Notes: a model not told the origin generated them from the sequence alone. Numbered from the whole stretch's first letter, positions 1 to 10,261 are shown. The stretch: DNA of 63,969 bases, filler included, from an uncultured Methanosarcinales archaeon (GCA_964434885.1; 5 parts of 5 records of this genome joined end to end with filler, not necessarily neighbours in it); one strand, 5' to 3'. Numbers and translations: made by a program.

Positions 1-2
1 CT

Positions 3-80
3 CCTGCTGAAGCACCTAAAGAAGAAGAGAAAAAAGAAGAACCTGTAGCTGAAGAAAAAACAGAGGAGAAAGGTGAATAA
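3..80 (+). CDS. 3' end of an upstream gene with an acidic/Lys tail, probably ribosomal protein S24e (partial)
   Basis: Open frame PAEAPKEEEKKEEPVAEEKTEEKGE* ends 2 nt before S27ae; S24e-S27ae is the usual archaeal order (context inference only). Confidence 0.5.
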   Translation, partial: PAEAPKEEEKKEEPVAEEKTEEKGE

Positions 81-82
81 AA

Positions 83-286
83 ATGGCTAAGAAAAAAGAC
101 ATCAAAGAAAGAAAGCCAAAAGAGAAAAAACCAGGTAAAAAGATGCATGAGTTATATGGTGTTTCTGGTAGCTCTATTGAAAGAAAAAATAAAAACTGTC
201 CTAAGTGTGGCAAAGGAACTTTCATGGGCAAACACAAAGACAGACATGTCTGTGGTAAGTGTAAGTATGTAGAATATTTAAATTAA
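83..286 (+). CDS. rps27ae: 30S ribosomal protein S27ae
   Basis: CPKCGKGTFMGKHKDRHVCGKC zinc-ribbon signature; upstream AGGTGA RBS. Confidence 0.95.
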   Translation: MAKKKDIKERKPKEKKPGKKMHELYGVSGSSIERKNKNCPKCGKGTFMGKHKDRHVCGKCKYVEYLN

Positions 287-369
287 TTTACTTCTTAATT
301 TTATTAATATTTCTTATTATGTTGTTTCTAGAAAAAAATTGTTTGAAAAAAAAGAAAAAAAAGAAAAAA

Positions 370-1677
370 CTAACCTTCTACTAATCGTAATAGTGCCTCT
401 TTCTCATTACCAGTAAACACTATGTTAGTAATATTAACATCCAATGTATTTGGATTCTTATATGGCACCCTATTAAAATAGAAAGTATAGTTCATTCCCC
501 GATAAAGCCATGGTGTTTCTGTTGAACCATCTAAGTTACTCAAATTAGTTCCTGTTAAATTAAGCTTTGCTCTATTAGCTTCCAATGAAGTAACATTAAA
601 TCCATACCATCCAACATCCATATAAGAAGTGTTGTTATTTCCCAAAGCTACATACATTTCTTGACTTTTTAATTGAGTTCCTCCTTGTACTACTGAAATT
701 TTTGATAAAGGCCATCTCCATAATTCATCTGAATTTCCTGTGGCAGGAGCTAGATTTTTAGAACCACACCAAGCATTATCATTTTTATACTGGATACAAA
801 CATCACCACATCCAGGACTCGCAGCAGTTCCTTTCTTAATATCTGTAGTTGTAGAACAATCTGCTAAAGTAGTTACCACTTGCATTTCAGGAGGATTTTT
901 TTTCAAACAAGTTTGTTTTGCTTTAAAAGTACATGTTGGCGCTTTCTGAACTGGTGCCGGAGCAGCAACTTTCTTCATCACACCCCAACTAAAAGGAGAT
1001 TCTGAAGGAACTACATCTCCTGCACAGTATACTTTATTGATGTCATTAATAAATCCTTTAGGACCAACTTTAAAATCTACAGCAACAATACCTTCTGTTT
1101 GTCCACAATCCCAAAATTTCTTTCCATTAGGTTCACCTGGTCTTTCATTAACTCCTTGATTTCCCCCACAGAAACCCAGAATCTGGTGCATCCTTAAATC
1201 ACTATTATAATTTCCTTGCAAACCAGTTAAAGGATCATTTCCACAATCAAAGTTAAAATTAGTTGTTCCTTTATTACTTACCATTCCAGATTTAGATCCT
1301 AAGTTACATCCCATTTGAAATTGACCAATTAACCTATAATTATGTTTACCAGCAAAACTCAAGGCAAATTCACTAGACGGACACACAGTAATATTATTCA
1401 TATACCCTCTTGCGTATTCTAAACAATTATCTTCACACTTCGTTCTTTTATTATCGTCCGTTATTGCTTCACAATTCTTATTTTGTGGTTCTGTACACAA
1501 TGTAAATTTGTCCCAACATCCTGGAGTTTGATCACAAGATTCCCAATCTTGAACAAAAATAGCCTTTCCTGCCAATGCTTTCTTACTTGTTTTAGAAGTT
1601 GTACTTTTCGAACACCCAACCAAAATCAAAGAAACAGCCAACAAACCTATTAACAAAAACATATACTTCTTTTTCAT
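370..1677 (-). CDS. Secreted Cys-rich lipoprotein of unknown function
   Basis: KKKY + hydrophobic stretch + LVGC lipobox; many Cys; GAGGTG RBS before ATG 1677. Confidence 0.7.
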   Translation of the reverse strand: MKKKYMFLLIGLLAVSLILVGCSKSTTSKTSKKALAGKAIFVQDWESCDQTPGCWDKFTLCTEPQNKNCEAITDDNKRTKCEDNCLEYARGYMNNITVCPSSEFALSFAGKHNYRLIGQFQMGCNLGSKSGMVSNKGTTNFNFDCGNDPLTGLQGNYNSDLRMHQILGFCGGNQGVNERPGEPNGKKFWDCGQTEGIVAVDFKVGPKGFINDINKVYCAGDVVPSESPFSWGVMKKVAAPAPVQKAPTCTFKAKQTCLKKNPPEMQVVTTLADCSTTTDIKKGTAASPGCGDVCIQYKNDNAWCGSKNLAPATGNSDELWRWPLSKISVVQGGTQLKSQEMYVALGNNNTSYMDVGWYGFNVTSLEANRAKLNLTGTNLSNLDGSTETPWLYRGMNYTFYFNRVPYKNPNTLDVNITNIVFTGNEKEALLRLVEG

Positions 1678-1846
1678 CTTATACACCTCTTAACAAATTA
1701 ACTATTTAAACGTTAAATTGTTTTTTTTTTTTGAATATCTTTTTCGTTTATAAATATTTGTTTTTTGAAAAATAAGTCTCTTAAATCATTAACAATAATA
1801 AAAAAATAACAATACATAAATATAACATAATTTTTCTAAAGAAAAT

Positions 1847-3088
1847 ATGAACAACAATTTCCTAAGAGTCAACGCAGACTTACATTTACATGGACTTTAT
1901 TCTATGGCTGTCAGTAAACAAATGCTTCCCAAAACAATTGGAGAACAAGCACCATCAAAAGGAATCCATTTATTAGGAACTGCAGATATCTTAAATCAAA
2001 AGTGGATTGATTTAGTAAAAGAACAATTAAATAAAATTGAAGAAGGAATCTATCAACACGAAAACAAAACTAAATTTATTTTACAAACAGAAATTGAAGA
2101 TGCCAATAGAGTTCATCAGCTAATTTACTTTCCTAGTTTTTCCAAAGTTGAAGAAATTAGAGAACAATTTGCAAAAAAATGTAAAAACTTAGATTCGGAT
2201 GGAAGACCAAAAATTTGGTTAACTGGAGAAGAAATCACAGAAATTTGTTCAGAAGCAGGTTGTTTAGTAGGTCCAGCCCATGCCTTTACTCCTTATTTTG
2301 GAATGTATGGTAAATTTAATTCTTACAAAGAATGTTATGGAGATCAATGGAATAAAATCCATTTCCTTGAACTAGGATTAAGTGCAGATACTTTAATGGC
2401 AGATCAAATTTCTGAATTACACAACCTTACTTTCTTAAGCAATTCAGATGCTCATTCTCCTTGGCCAAACAAAATGGGAAGAGAATTTAATACTTTCTTG
2501 ATGAAAGAAATATCTTTCCCAGAATTAAAATTAGCATTAAAAAGAGAAAAAGGAAGAAAATCAATTCTCAATGTGGGTTTTAATCCTTTAGAAGGAAAAT
2601 ATCACAAAACTAGATGTATTAGTTGTTTAACTTTCTTTGAACCAAAAGACGCAGCCAGTTTCAAATGGAAATGCCCCAGTTGTAGTAAATCAATCAAAAA
2701 AGGAGTTGATTTCAGAATTAGTGAATTAGCTGGAGTTGGTCCTAATATTCATCCAGATCACCGTCCAGAATACAAACACATTATGCCATTAAGTGAAATT
2801 ATTGCTTTAGCTTTAGGCATTAAAAACACTTGGTCACAAGGAGTACAAAAAGAATGGTTAAAGTTTGTCAAAAGATTTAGTAATGAAATTAATGTTTTAT
2901 TAAGAACTGATTATGAGAAATTAGAAGAAATTAATCCCAAAGTTGCCGAATATGTACAATATTTTAGAGAAGGGAAAATAAAATATGTTCCTGGTGGTGG
3001 CGGTGTTTATGGTCAATTAGTTCCTCCAGGAAAAGCAGTTGAAATCAAAGAATTTAAAGAAAAACAAATGAGTTTAGGTGAATTTTAA
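1847..3088 (+). CDS. endoQ: Endonuclease Q family PHP-domain protein
   Basis: DLHLHGLYS, AHAFTP, ELGLSAD, SNSDAHSP, GKYH..RC..C and PGGGGVYG motifs. Confidence 0.88.
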   Translation: MNNNFLRVNADLHLHGLYSMAVSKQMLPKTIGEQAPSKGIHLLGTADILNQKWIDLVKEQLNKIEEGIYQHENKTKFILQTEIEDANRVHQLIYFPSFSKVEEIREQFAKKCKNLDSDGRPKIWLTGEEITEICSEAGCLVGPAHAFTPYFGMYGKFNSYKECYGDQWNKIHFLELGLSADTLMADQISELHNLTFLSNSDAHSPWPNKMGREFNTFLMKEISFPELKLALKREKGRKSILNVGFNPLEGKYHKTRCISCLTFFEPKDAASFKWKCPSCSKSIKKGVDFRISELAGVGPNIHPDHRPEYKHIMPLSEIIALALGIKNTWSQGVQKEWLKFVKRFSNEINVLLRTDYEKLEEINPKVAEYVQYFREGKIKYVPGGGGVYGQLVPPGKAVEIKEFKEKQMSLGEF

Positions 3089-3561
3089 CTATAATTTCTA
3101 TCTACATAAGTTCTTAACTTTGCTTTTATATTGAACATATGGGTACTAACTGTGCCTTCAGTAACACCAATCTTACTTCCTATTTCTTTGTATGTATATC
3201 CTTCTAAAAAAAGACCAACCACTTCTTGATGTCTTTTTGTTAATTTTTGATATCCTTTCCTCAAAAATTTTAATTGTTCATCATTCAATACTTTTTCTTC
3301 AGGTAAACTTTCAGAATTGAAACAAACCTCTTCTTTAAATTTATATTTTTTTCTCAAATTTTTATTAATCGTACTTCTAAGAATTCTGTAAAACCAAGTA
3401 TTTATATGTGATCTTCCTTGAAATTTTGCATATCCTTCTACTACTGCTAATAAAAAATCCTGTTGAACATCTTCTCTATCTGCAGGATTTTCAATAAAAC
3501 TAGCTACAACTGAAGTTAATTTAGGAAGATAATTTTTTATTTTATTTTCTAATTGAGACAT
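3085..3561 (-). CDS. Bacterial-type ECF sigma-70 factor-like protein
   Basis: Region 2 (EDVQQD...FQGRSHINTWFYRI) and region 4 HTH (LTKRHQEVVGL..EGYTYKEIGSKIGVTEGTVSTH). Confidence 0.85.
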   Translation of the reverse strand: MSQLENKIKNYLPKLTSVVASFIENPADREDVQQDFLLAVVEGYAKFQGRSHINTWFYRILRSTINKNLRKKYKFKEEVCFNSESLPEEKVLNDEQLKFLRKGYQKLTKRHQEVVGLFLEGYTYKEIGSKIGVTEGTVSTHMFNIKAKLRTYVDRNYS

Positions 3562-3637
3562 ATTTAATCAAAAAAACAGCTATTTTATAATTATTTACCA
3601 TAAAAATATATAAAACCAAACCATTTTCTCATTAATC

Positions 3638-5386
3638 ATGAAAGCACAAGAACTAAAAAAGAAATATTTGGAATTTTTCAAAAGTAAAGGGCATGCTATA
3701 ATTGAGTCAGCACCTTTAGTTCCAGAAAATGATCCTACTGTTTTATTCACTACTGCTGGCATGCATCCACTAGTACCTTTTATCATGGGTGCACCACATC
3801 CATTAGGAAGAAGAGTAACCGATGTTCAAAAATGTTTACGAACTCAAGATATTGATGAAGTTGGTGATATTTCCCATACTACTTTTTTTGAAATGCTTGG
3901 TAATTGGAGTTTTGGAGAGTATTGGAAAAAAGAAGCAATCGAATACAGTTTTGAATTTTTAACAAAGGTTTTAAAGTTACCATTATCTCATTTAGCTTTT
4001 ACTTGTTTTAAAGGAGACAAAGATTGTCCTAAAGATGAAGAATCTGCTAAATATTGGTTAGATTTAGGAGTAAACAAAAATAGAATTGCCTTTCTAGGAA
4101 AAGAAGATAATTGGTGGGGTCCACCTGGAGAAACAGGACCTTGTGGACCAGATACTGAAATGTTTTATTGGATAGGAAAAGAAAATCCACCAGAGAGATT
4201 TGATCCAGAAAATGATAATTGGTTGGAAATTTGGAATGATGTGTTTATTCAATATGATAAAACCAAATCTGGAGAATACAAACCACTAACACAAAGAACT
4301 GTTGATACAGGTATGGGGTTAGAAAGGGTTGCTGCAGTTTTACAAGGAAAGAAAACAGTTTTTGACACAGAATTATTCCAACCAATTTTTAATGAAATTT
4401 CAAAATTAAGCAAAACAGAACCAGATGAAAAGAACATCATTTCTTACCGAATCATTGCTGACCATATGCGAGCTTCAGTATTCCTTTTAGGAGATGGTGT
4501 AATTCCTAGTAATCTAGACCAAGGTTATGTCTTACGTAGATTTATTAGAAGATCAATTCGACAATTAAAAAAATTAGGAATGCCAATTGAAAAAATTGAC
4601 TTAACTTCTTTAGTTAAATTAATTGTTAAGATGTATGAAGAAGAGTATTCTGTCTTAGATGAGAAAAAAGAATTAATTCTAGAAGAATTACAAAAAGAAC
4701 AAGAAAAATTCACAAAAACCTTAGAAAAAGGGTTAAACAAATTTTCTCGAATATCTTCTGGAAATATTTCTGGTGTGGATGCTTTTCTATTGTTTCAATC
4801 ATATGGTTTTCCGATTGAGATGACTCAAGAATTAGCTGCAGAAAAAGGAATTAAAGTTGATGTTAAAGGTTTTGAAACAGAATTTGAAAAACACCAACAA
4901 CTTTCTCGAGTTGGAGCAGAACAGAAATTTAAAGGCGGATTATCTGATGCTTCTGAAGAAACCACAAAATTACATACTGCTACCCATTTATTGAATGAAG
5001 CTTTGAAAAAAGTCTTAGGTAAAGATGTTCGTCAAAGAGGAAGCAATATCACTGCCAAAAGATTAAGATTTGACTTTAACTTTGATCGGAAATTGACTGA
5101 TGAAGAGAAAAAAGCTGTTGAAGAAGAAGTGAATAAACAAATTGAAGCAGGTTTAGAAATAATTAAAGAAGAAATGGATCGCGATGAAGCTTTGAAAGTT
5201 GCCCATGGTGAATTTGGAGCTAAATATCCAGATCGAGTTTCTGTCTATACTATTGGAAAAGACTACAGCAAAGAAATCTGCATGGGACCACATGTCAACA
5301 ATACAAAAGAACTAGGTCATTTCAAAATCAAAAAAGAACAATCTAGTTCTGCTGGTGTGAGAAGAATCAAAGCTGTTTTGGAGTGA
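3638..5386 (+). CDS. alaS: Alanine--tRNA ligase, short form lacking C-Ala
   Basis: LFTTAGM, QKCLR, FFEMLGNWSFG, DTGMGLER; editing HTATH and CMGPH; ends at GVRRIKAV. Confidence 0.96.
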   Translation: MKAQELKKKYLEFFKSKGHAIIESAPLVPENDPTVLFTTAGMHPLVPFIMGAPHPLGRRVTDVQKCLRTQDIDEVGDISHTTFFEMLGNWSFGEYWKKEAIEYSFEFLTKVLKLPLSHLAFTCFKGDKDCPKDEESAKYWLDLGVNKNRIAFLGKEDNWWGPPGETGPCGPDTEMFYWIGKENPPERFDPENDNWLEIWNDVFIQYDKTKSGEYKPLTQRTVDTGMGLERVAAVLQGKKTVFDTELFQPIFNEISKLSKTEPDEKNIISYRIIADHMRASVFLLGDGVIPSNLDQGYVLRRFIRRSIRQLKKLGMPIEKIDLTSLVKLIVKMYEEEYSVLDEKKELILEELQKEQEKFTKTLEKGLNKFSRISSGNISGVDAFLLFQSYGFPIEMTQELAAEKGIKVDVKGFETEFEKHQQLSRVGAEQKFKGGLSDASEETTKLHTATHLLNEALKKVLGKDVRQRGSNITAKRLRFDFNFDRKLTDEEKKAVEEEVNKQIEAGLEIIKEEMDRDEALKVAHGEFGAKYPDRVSVYTIGKDYSKEICMGPHVNNTKELGHFKIKKEQSSSAGVRRIKAVLE

Positions 5387-5389
5387 ACA

Positions 5390-5815
5390 ATGGAAAAAAG
5401 ATTAGCTTTAATGATATTTTATAATGATCGAAATAAAATTCTTCTTCAAGATAGATCAAATATGAGTAAATGGGGTGAAGATTGGGGTTATTTTGGTGGA
5501 GCAATTGATGGAGATGAAACCCCTAAAAAAGCAATTATTAGAGAAATTCAAGAAGAATTAAAATTTGAAATTAATTCTTTTGATTATTTGGGAAAATATG
5601 AAAAACCAGGAAAACCATTAAAAAACCCATCAATTGAAATAAATGTTATTCAAGAAGTATTTGTTTCTAAAATTAATAAAAAAGAGTTTGATTCAATGGT
5701 TTTACATGAAGGAGCAGGAATGAAATGGTTTTCCGTTAAAGAAGCTATGGTATTAAATATGTATCCTTTAGATCCACAAATATTAGTTGATTTTGAAAGA
5801 AAATATAGTAATTAA
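5390..5815 (+). CDS. NUDIX hydrolase
   Basis: Nudix box GGAIDGDETPKKAIIREIQEEL. Confidence 0.9.
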   Translation: MEKRLALMIFYNDRNKILLQDRSNMSKWGEDWGYFGGAIDGDETPKKAIIREIQEELKFEINSFDYLGKYEKPGKPLKNPSIEINVIQEVFVSKINKKEFDSMVLHEGAGMKWFSVKEAMVLNMYPLDPQILVDFERKYSN

Positions 5816-5859
5816 AAAAAATAAATTCAATTCTCAAACCAAAACATTTATATAATATA

Positions 5860-5895
5860 TTATACATTTGTATAAAAAAACAAACAATTGTATAA
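5860..5895. promoter_or_regulatory. Putative autoregulatory operator of the MNT-HEPN operon
   Basis: Palindrome TTATACA-TT-TGTATAA (5860-5875) plus degenerate copy AAACAATTGTATAA (5882-5895), between a TTTATATA box and the ATG of an HTH-bearing antitoxin. Confidence 0.55.
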
Positions 5896-5896
5896 A

Positions 5897-6424
5897 ATGG
5901 TAGACAATAAAGAAAAGATTTTAAAGAAGTTATTTGAAAAACCAGAATATAAATTTCATATCAGGGAATTAGCTAGAGAAACTAAGCTTAACCCAAATAC
6001 AATAATCAACCTTACAAAAGAATTAGTTAAAGAAAAAATCATCATCAAAAAAAGAAATAAGAACATAGTTGAAATTTATTGTGATTTAGACTCCAAAAAT
6101 TACAAAAGAAAAAAACAACTATACAATATCTCTTCAATCAATAATTCAGGCCTGCTTGATTATTTAGTAGATTTTTATAATCATCCGCAAGCAATTATCC
6201 TCTTTGGTAGTTTTTTAAGAGGAGAAGATTTTTCTGGAGGAGATATAGATATTGCTGTAATCTCTACTAATAAAAAAGAATCAGATTTAATTAAATTTGA
6301 AAAAAAATTAAAAAGAAAAATTCATTTATTATCTTTCACTTACAAAGAAATCTCAGATGAATTTTACACTAATTTAATAAATGGATTTGTTTTATATGGT
6401 TATCTAAAATATGAAAGAGTTTGA
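5897..6424 (+). CDS. HTH + minimal nucleotidyltransferase (MNT) antitoxin
   Basis: N-terminal wHTH (FHIRELARETKLNPNT); LFGSFLRGEDFSGGDIDIA = GS-x10-DxD. Confidence 0.85.
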   Translation: MVDNKEKILKKLFEKPEYKFHIRELARETKLNPNTIINLTKELVKEKIIIKKRNKNIVEIYCDLDSKNYKRKKQLYNISSINNSGLLDYLVDFYNHPQAIILFGSFLRGEDFSGGDIDIAVISTNKKESDLIKFEKKLKRKIHLLSFTYKEISDEFYTNLINGFVLYGYLKYERV

Positions 6425-6842
6425 TAAATTTATAGAAGAAAGAAAAGTTAAAAGAATTTCAATAGATCAAGAATTAGCAAATTCTTTAATTAAAAATGTA
6501 GAAATAAGAGAAAAAAGCATTTCCAAATTACAATCTGAAGAATTTCCTATGTTGGTTTTTGAAAACTTTTATGATTGTTTAAGAGAACTATTAGATGCTC
6601 TTTTGGCGTTATCTGGCTACAAATCATATTCACATGAAGCACCAATAATCTATTTGAAAACATATCAATTACCCGAGAATATAATTTTTGAGCTTAATCG
6701 ATACAGAAAGAAAAGAAATAATTCAAAATATTATGGCAAAATGCCAACTGCTGAAGAAGCAGAAGAAATAAAATCTTTTTATATAAAAACAAAACCTAAA
6801 CTATTTGAAATTATTGATTCAAGGAGGAACAAAAATGAATGA
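6411..6842 (+). CDS. HEPN-domain toxin, partner of MNT
   Basis: Overlaps the MNT gene; helical; SHEA and RNNSKYYG (R-x4-Y variant of the HEPN motif). Confidence 0.75.
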   Translation: MKEFDKFIEERKVKRISIDQELANSLIKNVEIREKSISKLQSEEFPMLVFENFYDCLRELLDALLALSGYKSYSHEAPIIYLKTYQLPENIIFELNRYRKKRNNSKYYGKMPTAEEAEEIKSFYIKTKPKLFEIIDSRRNKNE

Positions 6843-7740
6843 TACAATTATTATTGGAGCTGGTATCGCTGGATTAACAGCTGCCATATACGCATCAAGA
6901 AAAAAAATGGAATACAAAATCCTCTCTTCAGATTTTGGTGGACAATTTATGGTCAGTGGAGAAGTTTTAAATTACCCAGGGATTGTCAAAACCACAGGCA
7001 TAGAATTCTCTAACACCATGGAAGAACAAATGAAATTTAATGATGTTAAGGTTTTAACTGAAACAGTCAAAGAAGTAAAAAAGATAAAAAACCAATTCAA
7101 AGTAATCACCAATAAAAACACTTACGAAACCAAATCCGTCATTATCACTACTGGTTCCCATCCTAGAAAACTAAATGTACCTGGAGAAAATAAATTTGAA
7201 AAGAAAGGAGTAACTTATTGTTCAATTTGTGATGGACCATTATTTTCTGGAATGGATGTAGCCATTATTGGGGGAGGAAGTTCAGCTTTAGAAGCAGTAG
7301 ATTTTCTAAAAGATATTGCCACCAAAATATACTTGGTTGTACGTGGTGATAAATTAACTGGCCACGAATATTTAATTGAAAAAGTAAAAAACAACAATAA
7401 AGTTGAAATTCTATTTAATACTAATACTAAAGAAATTCTTGGAGATAGTTTAGTAACTGGAATAAAAATAGAACAAAACAACAAAGAAAAAGAATTAGCT
7501 GTAAAAGGGGCAATTATTGAAATCGGCAGAATTCCAAACACAGAATCATTCAAGAATTTAGTTGAATTAGATGAAGATCAACATATCCAAGTTGATTGTC
7601 AAGGTCAAACTAATGTTCCTGGAATCTTTGCTGCCGGAGATTGTGCTTCCGGCCATGAATATCAATACATTATTTCTGCTGGACAAGGTTGTATGGCTTT
7701 ATTAAAAGCAGCTCGATATTTAGCCAATTTGAAAGATTAA
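6835..7740 (+). CDS. trxB: Thioredoxin reductase-like FAD oxidoreductase
   Basis: GAGIAG, CSICDG active site, GGGSSA, FAAGD; AGGAGG RBS before ATG 6835. Confidence 0.92.
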   Translation: MNDTIIIGAGIAGLTAAIYASRKKMEYKILSSDFGGQFMVSGEVLNYPGIVKTTGIEFSNTMEEQMKFNDVKVLTETVKEVKKIKNQFKVITNKNTYETKSVIITTGSHPRKLNVPGENKFEKKGVTYCSICDGPLFSGMDVAIIGGGSSALEAVDFLKDIATKIYLVVRGDKLTGHEYLIEKVKNNNKVEILFNTNTKEILGDSLVTGIKIEQNNKEKELAVKGAIIEIGRIPNTESFKNLVELDEDQHIQVDCQGQTNVPGIFAAGDCASGHEYQYIISAGQGCMALLKAARYLANLKD

Positions 7741-7770
7741 TTTTATAAACAATAAACCTTTTATTCAACT

Positions 7771-7956
7771 ATGAATAAATGTCCTAAATGTGGATCAAAA
7801 GATGTAGAAATAATAGATGAAGATGGATCTATTAAATGTAAACATTGTGATTTCGATGAATTAGAAGATAGTTTTCCTCAAGAAAGAAACACCCAAAGAG
7901 AAAAAGCCAACTTCAATCCATATAAAAGTGGCGGAACTAGAAGAGGAAAAAAGTGA
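7771..7956 (+). CDS. Small zinc-ribbon protein
   Basis: CPKC...CKHC; overlaps the nfo start. Confidence 0.7.
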   Translation: MNKCPKCGSKDVEIIDEDGSIKCKHCDFDELEDSFPQERNTQREKANFNPYKSGGTRRGKK

Positions 7957-8783
7957 ATAAACTTTTCTTTGGAACTGCAGGTATTCCAATTTCTACTCCC
8001 AACCGCAACACAATCAATGGAGTTTCTTATGTTAGAAAGTTAAATTTAGATTGTATGGAGTTGGAATTTGTCCGTTCCATTAATATTTCTAAAGAAAAAG
8101 CTCCTGAAATAAAAGAAGCTGCCAAAAAAAACAACATTCATCTTACTTGTCATGCCCCTTATTTCATTAATTTAAACTCAGATAAACCTCAAATTATTGG
8201 GGCAAGCAGACAACGAATTATCAACTCAGCCAAAATAGCTAATCTTTGTGGAGCGAAATCAGTAACATTTCATGCTGCTTATTATTTAAAACAAGATCCA
8301 GAAAAAGTATATCTTCAAGTCAAAGAACAAATTAAAAAAATATTAGCAATCTTAAAAGATGAAAGTAACAAAATAATGATTCGCCCAGAAACCACTGGTA
8401 AAGCAACCCAATGGGGAGGTGTCAATGAAATAGTGAAATTATCAACAGAATTAGAACAAGTGCAACCTTGTATTGATTTCGCCCATTTATACGCCAGAAG
8501 TATTGGTAAAATAAATAGTTATGATACTTTCAAAGAAATTTTAGAACATGTAGAAAAACATCTGGGAACAGAAGGGTTACACAATATGCACATTCATATG
8601 TCTGGAATCTTTCATGGACCAAAAGGGGAAAGACATCATCTAACTTTAAAAGAATCTGAATTTAATTATCTAGCTGTCTTAAAAACATTAAAAGAATTCA
8701 ACTGCAAAGGAATAGTGATCTCTGAATCACCAAATATCGAAAAAGATGCTTTGCTAATGCAAAAAGAATATCAAAAAATTTAA
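7953..8783 (+). CDS. nfo: Endonuclease IV-like AP endonuclease (TIM barrel)
   Basis: HAPYFINL, PETTGK, CIDFAH, HIHMSG, ISESP. Confidence 0.88.
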   Translation: MNKLFFGTAGIPISTPNRNTINGVSYVRKLNLDCMELEFVRSINISKEKAPEIKEAAKKNNIHLTCHAPYFINLNSDKPQIIGASRQRIINSAKIANLCGAKSVTFHAAYYLKQDPEKVYLQVKEQIKKILAILKDESNKIMIRPETTGKATQWGGVNEIVKLSTELEQVQPCIDFAHLYARSIGKINSYDTFKEILEHVEKHLGTEGLHNMHIHMSGIFHGPKGERHHLTLKESEFNYLAVLKTLKEFNCKGIVISESPNIEKDALLMQKEYQKI

Positions 8784-8869
8784 ATTACCGATACATTTAA
8801 ATTTAAAGACTATTTACTTTAACTATTAGATTAAATAATATTAAATTGATTATCAAAAAAAGAGGTGTT

Positions 8870-10261
8870 ATGATGGCTGAAAAAAAATCCACTAATGAAA
8901 AATTACAAGAAAAAATATTTATGAAAAAAAAGAGTGCCTGGTTAACTTATTCAAAAAATAAAGTTTTTGACTTTTGTGAAGATTACAAAAATTTTCTAGC
9001 TAAAAATAAAACTGAAAGACTTTGTGTTCAATATTTAATCAAAAATTTAGAAAAAAAGAAATTCAAAGAAATTTCTCAAGTTAAAAAAATAAAACCGGGA
9101 GATAAAGTTTACAAGAATATCAAAAATAAAGCAGTAATTGCTGCTATCATTGGAAAAGACAAATCATTTAATCTGGTTGGTAGTCATCTTGATTCTCCAA
9201 GATTAGATCTAAAACCAAACCCTATCTATGAAGATAGTAATTTAGCTTTGATGCAAACTCATTATTATGGTGGAATCAAAAAATATCATTGGGTTAATAC
9301 CCCTTTAGAATTACATGGTATAATTTTCACCAAAAATAAAAAAATAAATTTATCTATTGGAAGTGGAAAAAATGAACCCAAATTCATGATTCCTGACTTG
9401 CTTCCTCATTTAGCAAAGAAACAAATGGAAAGAAAAGGAAACCAAGTGATAGAAGGTGAAGAATTAAACATCTTAGTTGGTAATATTCCAGTTGATGACG
9501 CTAAAATTAAAGACCAAATAAAATTTACAGTAATGAAAGAATTAAATAAAAAATATGGAATCACTGAAGAAGATTTTGTTTGTGCTGAATTAGAACTTGT
9601 CCCTTATGGTGAACCAGTTGATGTTGGTTTAGATCGAGGATTAATTGGTGCTTATGGTCAAGATGACAAAGTTTGTGCTTATACATCACTACAAGCATTC
9701 TTAAAACTAAATAAACCAAAAACTACAGCCGTAGCAATGTTTGCTGATAAAGAAGAAATTGGTTCTATGGGAGATACAGGTGCTAGCAGTTTTATGTTGA
9801 ATAGTTTTACCAAGGAAATTATTAACAAAGCTGGATGGAAAACAAACTCTTTACTATTGCTGGAAAAATCAAAAGCAGTTTCTGCTGATGTTACTGCTGG
9901 AATGAATCCAAGTTACAAAGATGTTAATGATCCTAGCAATGTTTCTTATTTGGGAAAAGGAGTTTCTATAGAAAAATATGGTGGAGGAGGAGGGAAATAT
10001 TCTACTCACGATGCTAGTGCTGAATACATGGCAGAAATTAGAAATATCTTAGATAAAGAAAAAATCCCTTGGCAAACTGGAGAATTAGGAAAGATTGATT
10101 TGGGAGGTGGAGGAACTATTGCCATGTTTTTATCCAGATATGGAATGGATTGTTTGGATGCTGGTCCTTGTGTATTGGGAATGCATTCTCCATATGAAGT
10201 AACTTCCAAAGTAGATGTTTATTCCTCTTATCTATTTTACAAAGCATTTTGGGAAACTTAA
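8870..10261 (+). CDS. M18 family aminopeptidase
   Basis: SHLDSPRLDLKP, YGQDD, DKEEIGS, SADV, GMHSP. Confidence 0.92.
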   Translation: MMAEKKSTNEKLQEKIFMKKKSAWLTYSKNKVFDFCEDYKNFLAKNKTERLCVQYLIKNLEKKKFKEISQVKKIKPGDKVYKNIKNKAVIAAIIGKDKSFNLVGSHLDSPRLDLKPNPIYEDSNLALMQTHYYGGIKKYHWVNTPLELHGIIFTKNKKINLSIGSGKNEPKFMIPDLLPHLAKKQMERKGNQVIEGEELNILVGNIPVDDAKIKDQIKFTVMKELNKKYGITEEDFVCAELELVPYGEPVDVGLDRGLIGAYGQDDKVCAYTSLQAFLKLNKPKTTAVAMFADKEEIGSMGDTGASSFMLNSFTKEIINKAGWKTNSLLLLEKSKAVSADVTAGMNPSYKDVNDPSNVSYLGKGVSIEKYGGGGGKYSTHDASAEYMAEIRNILDKEKIPWQTGELGKIDLGGGGTIAMFLSRYGMDCLDAGPCVLGMHSPYEVTSKVDVYSSYLFYKAFWET

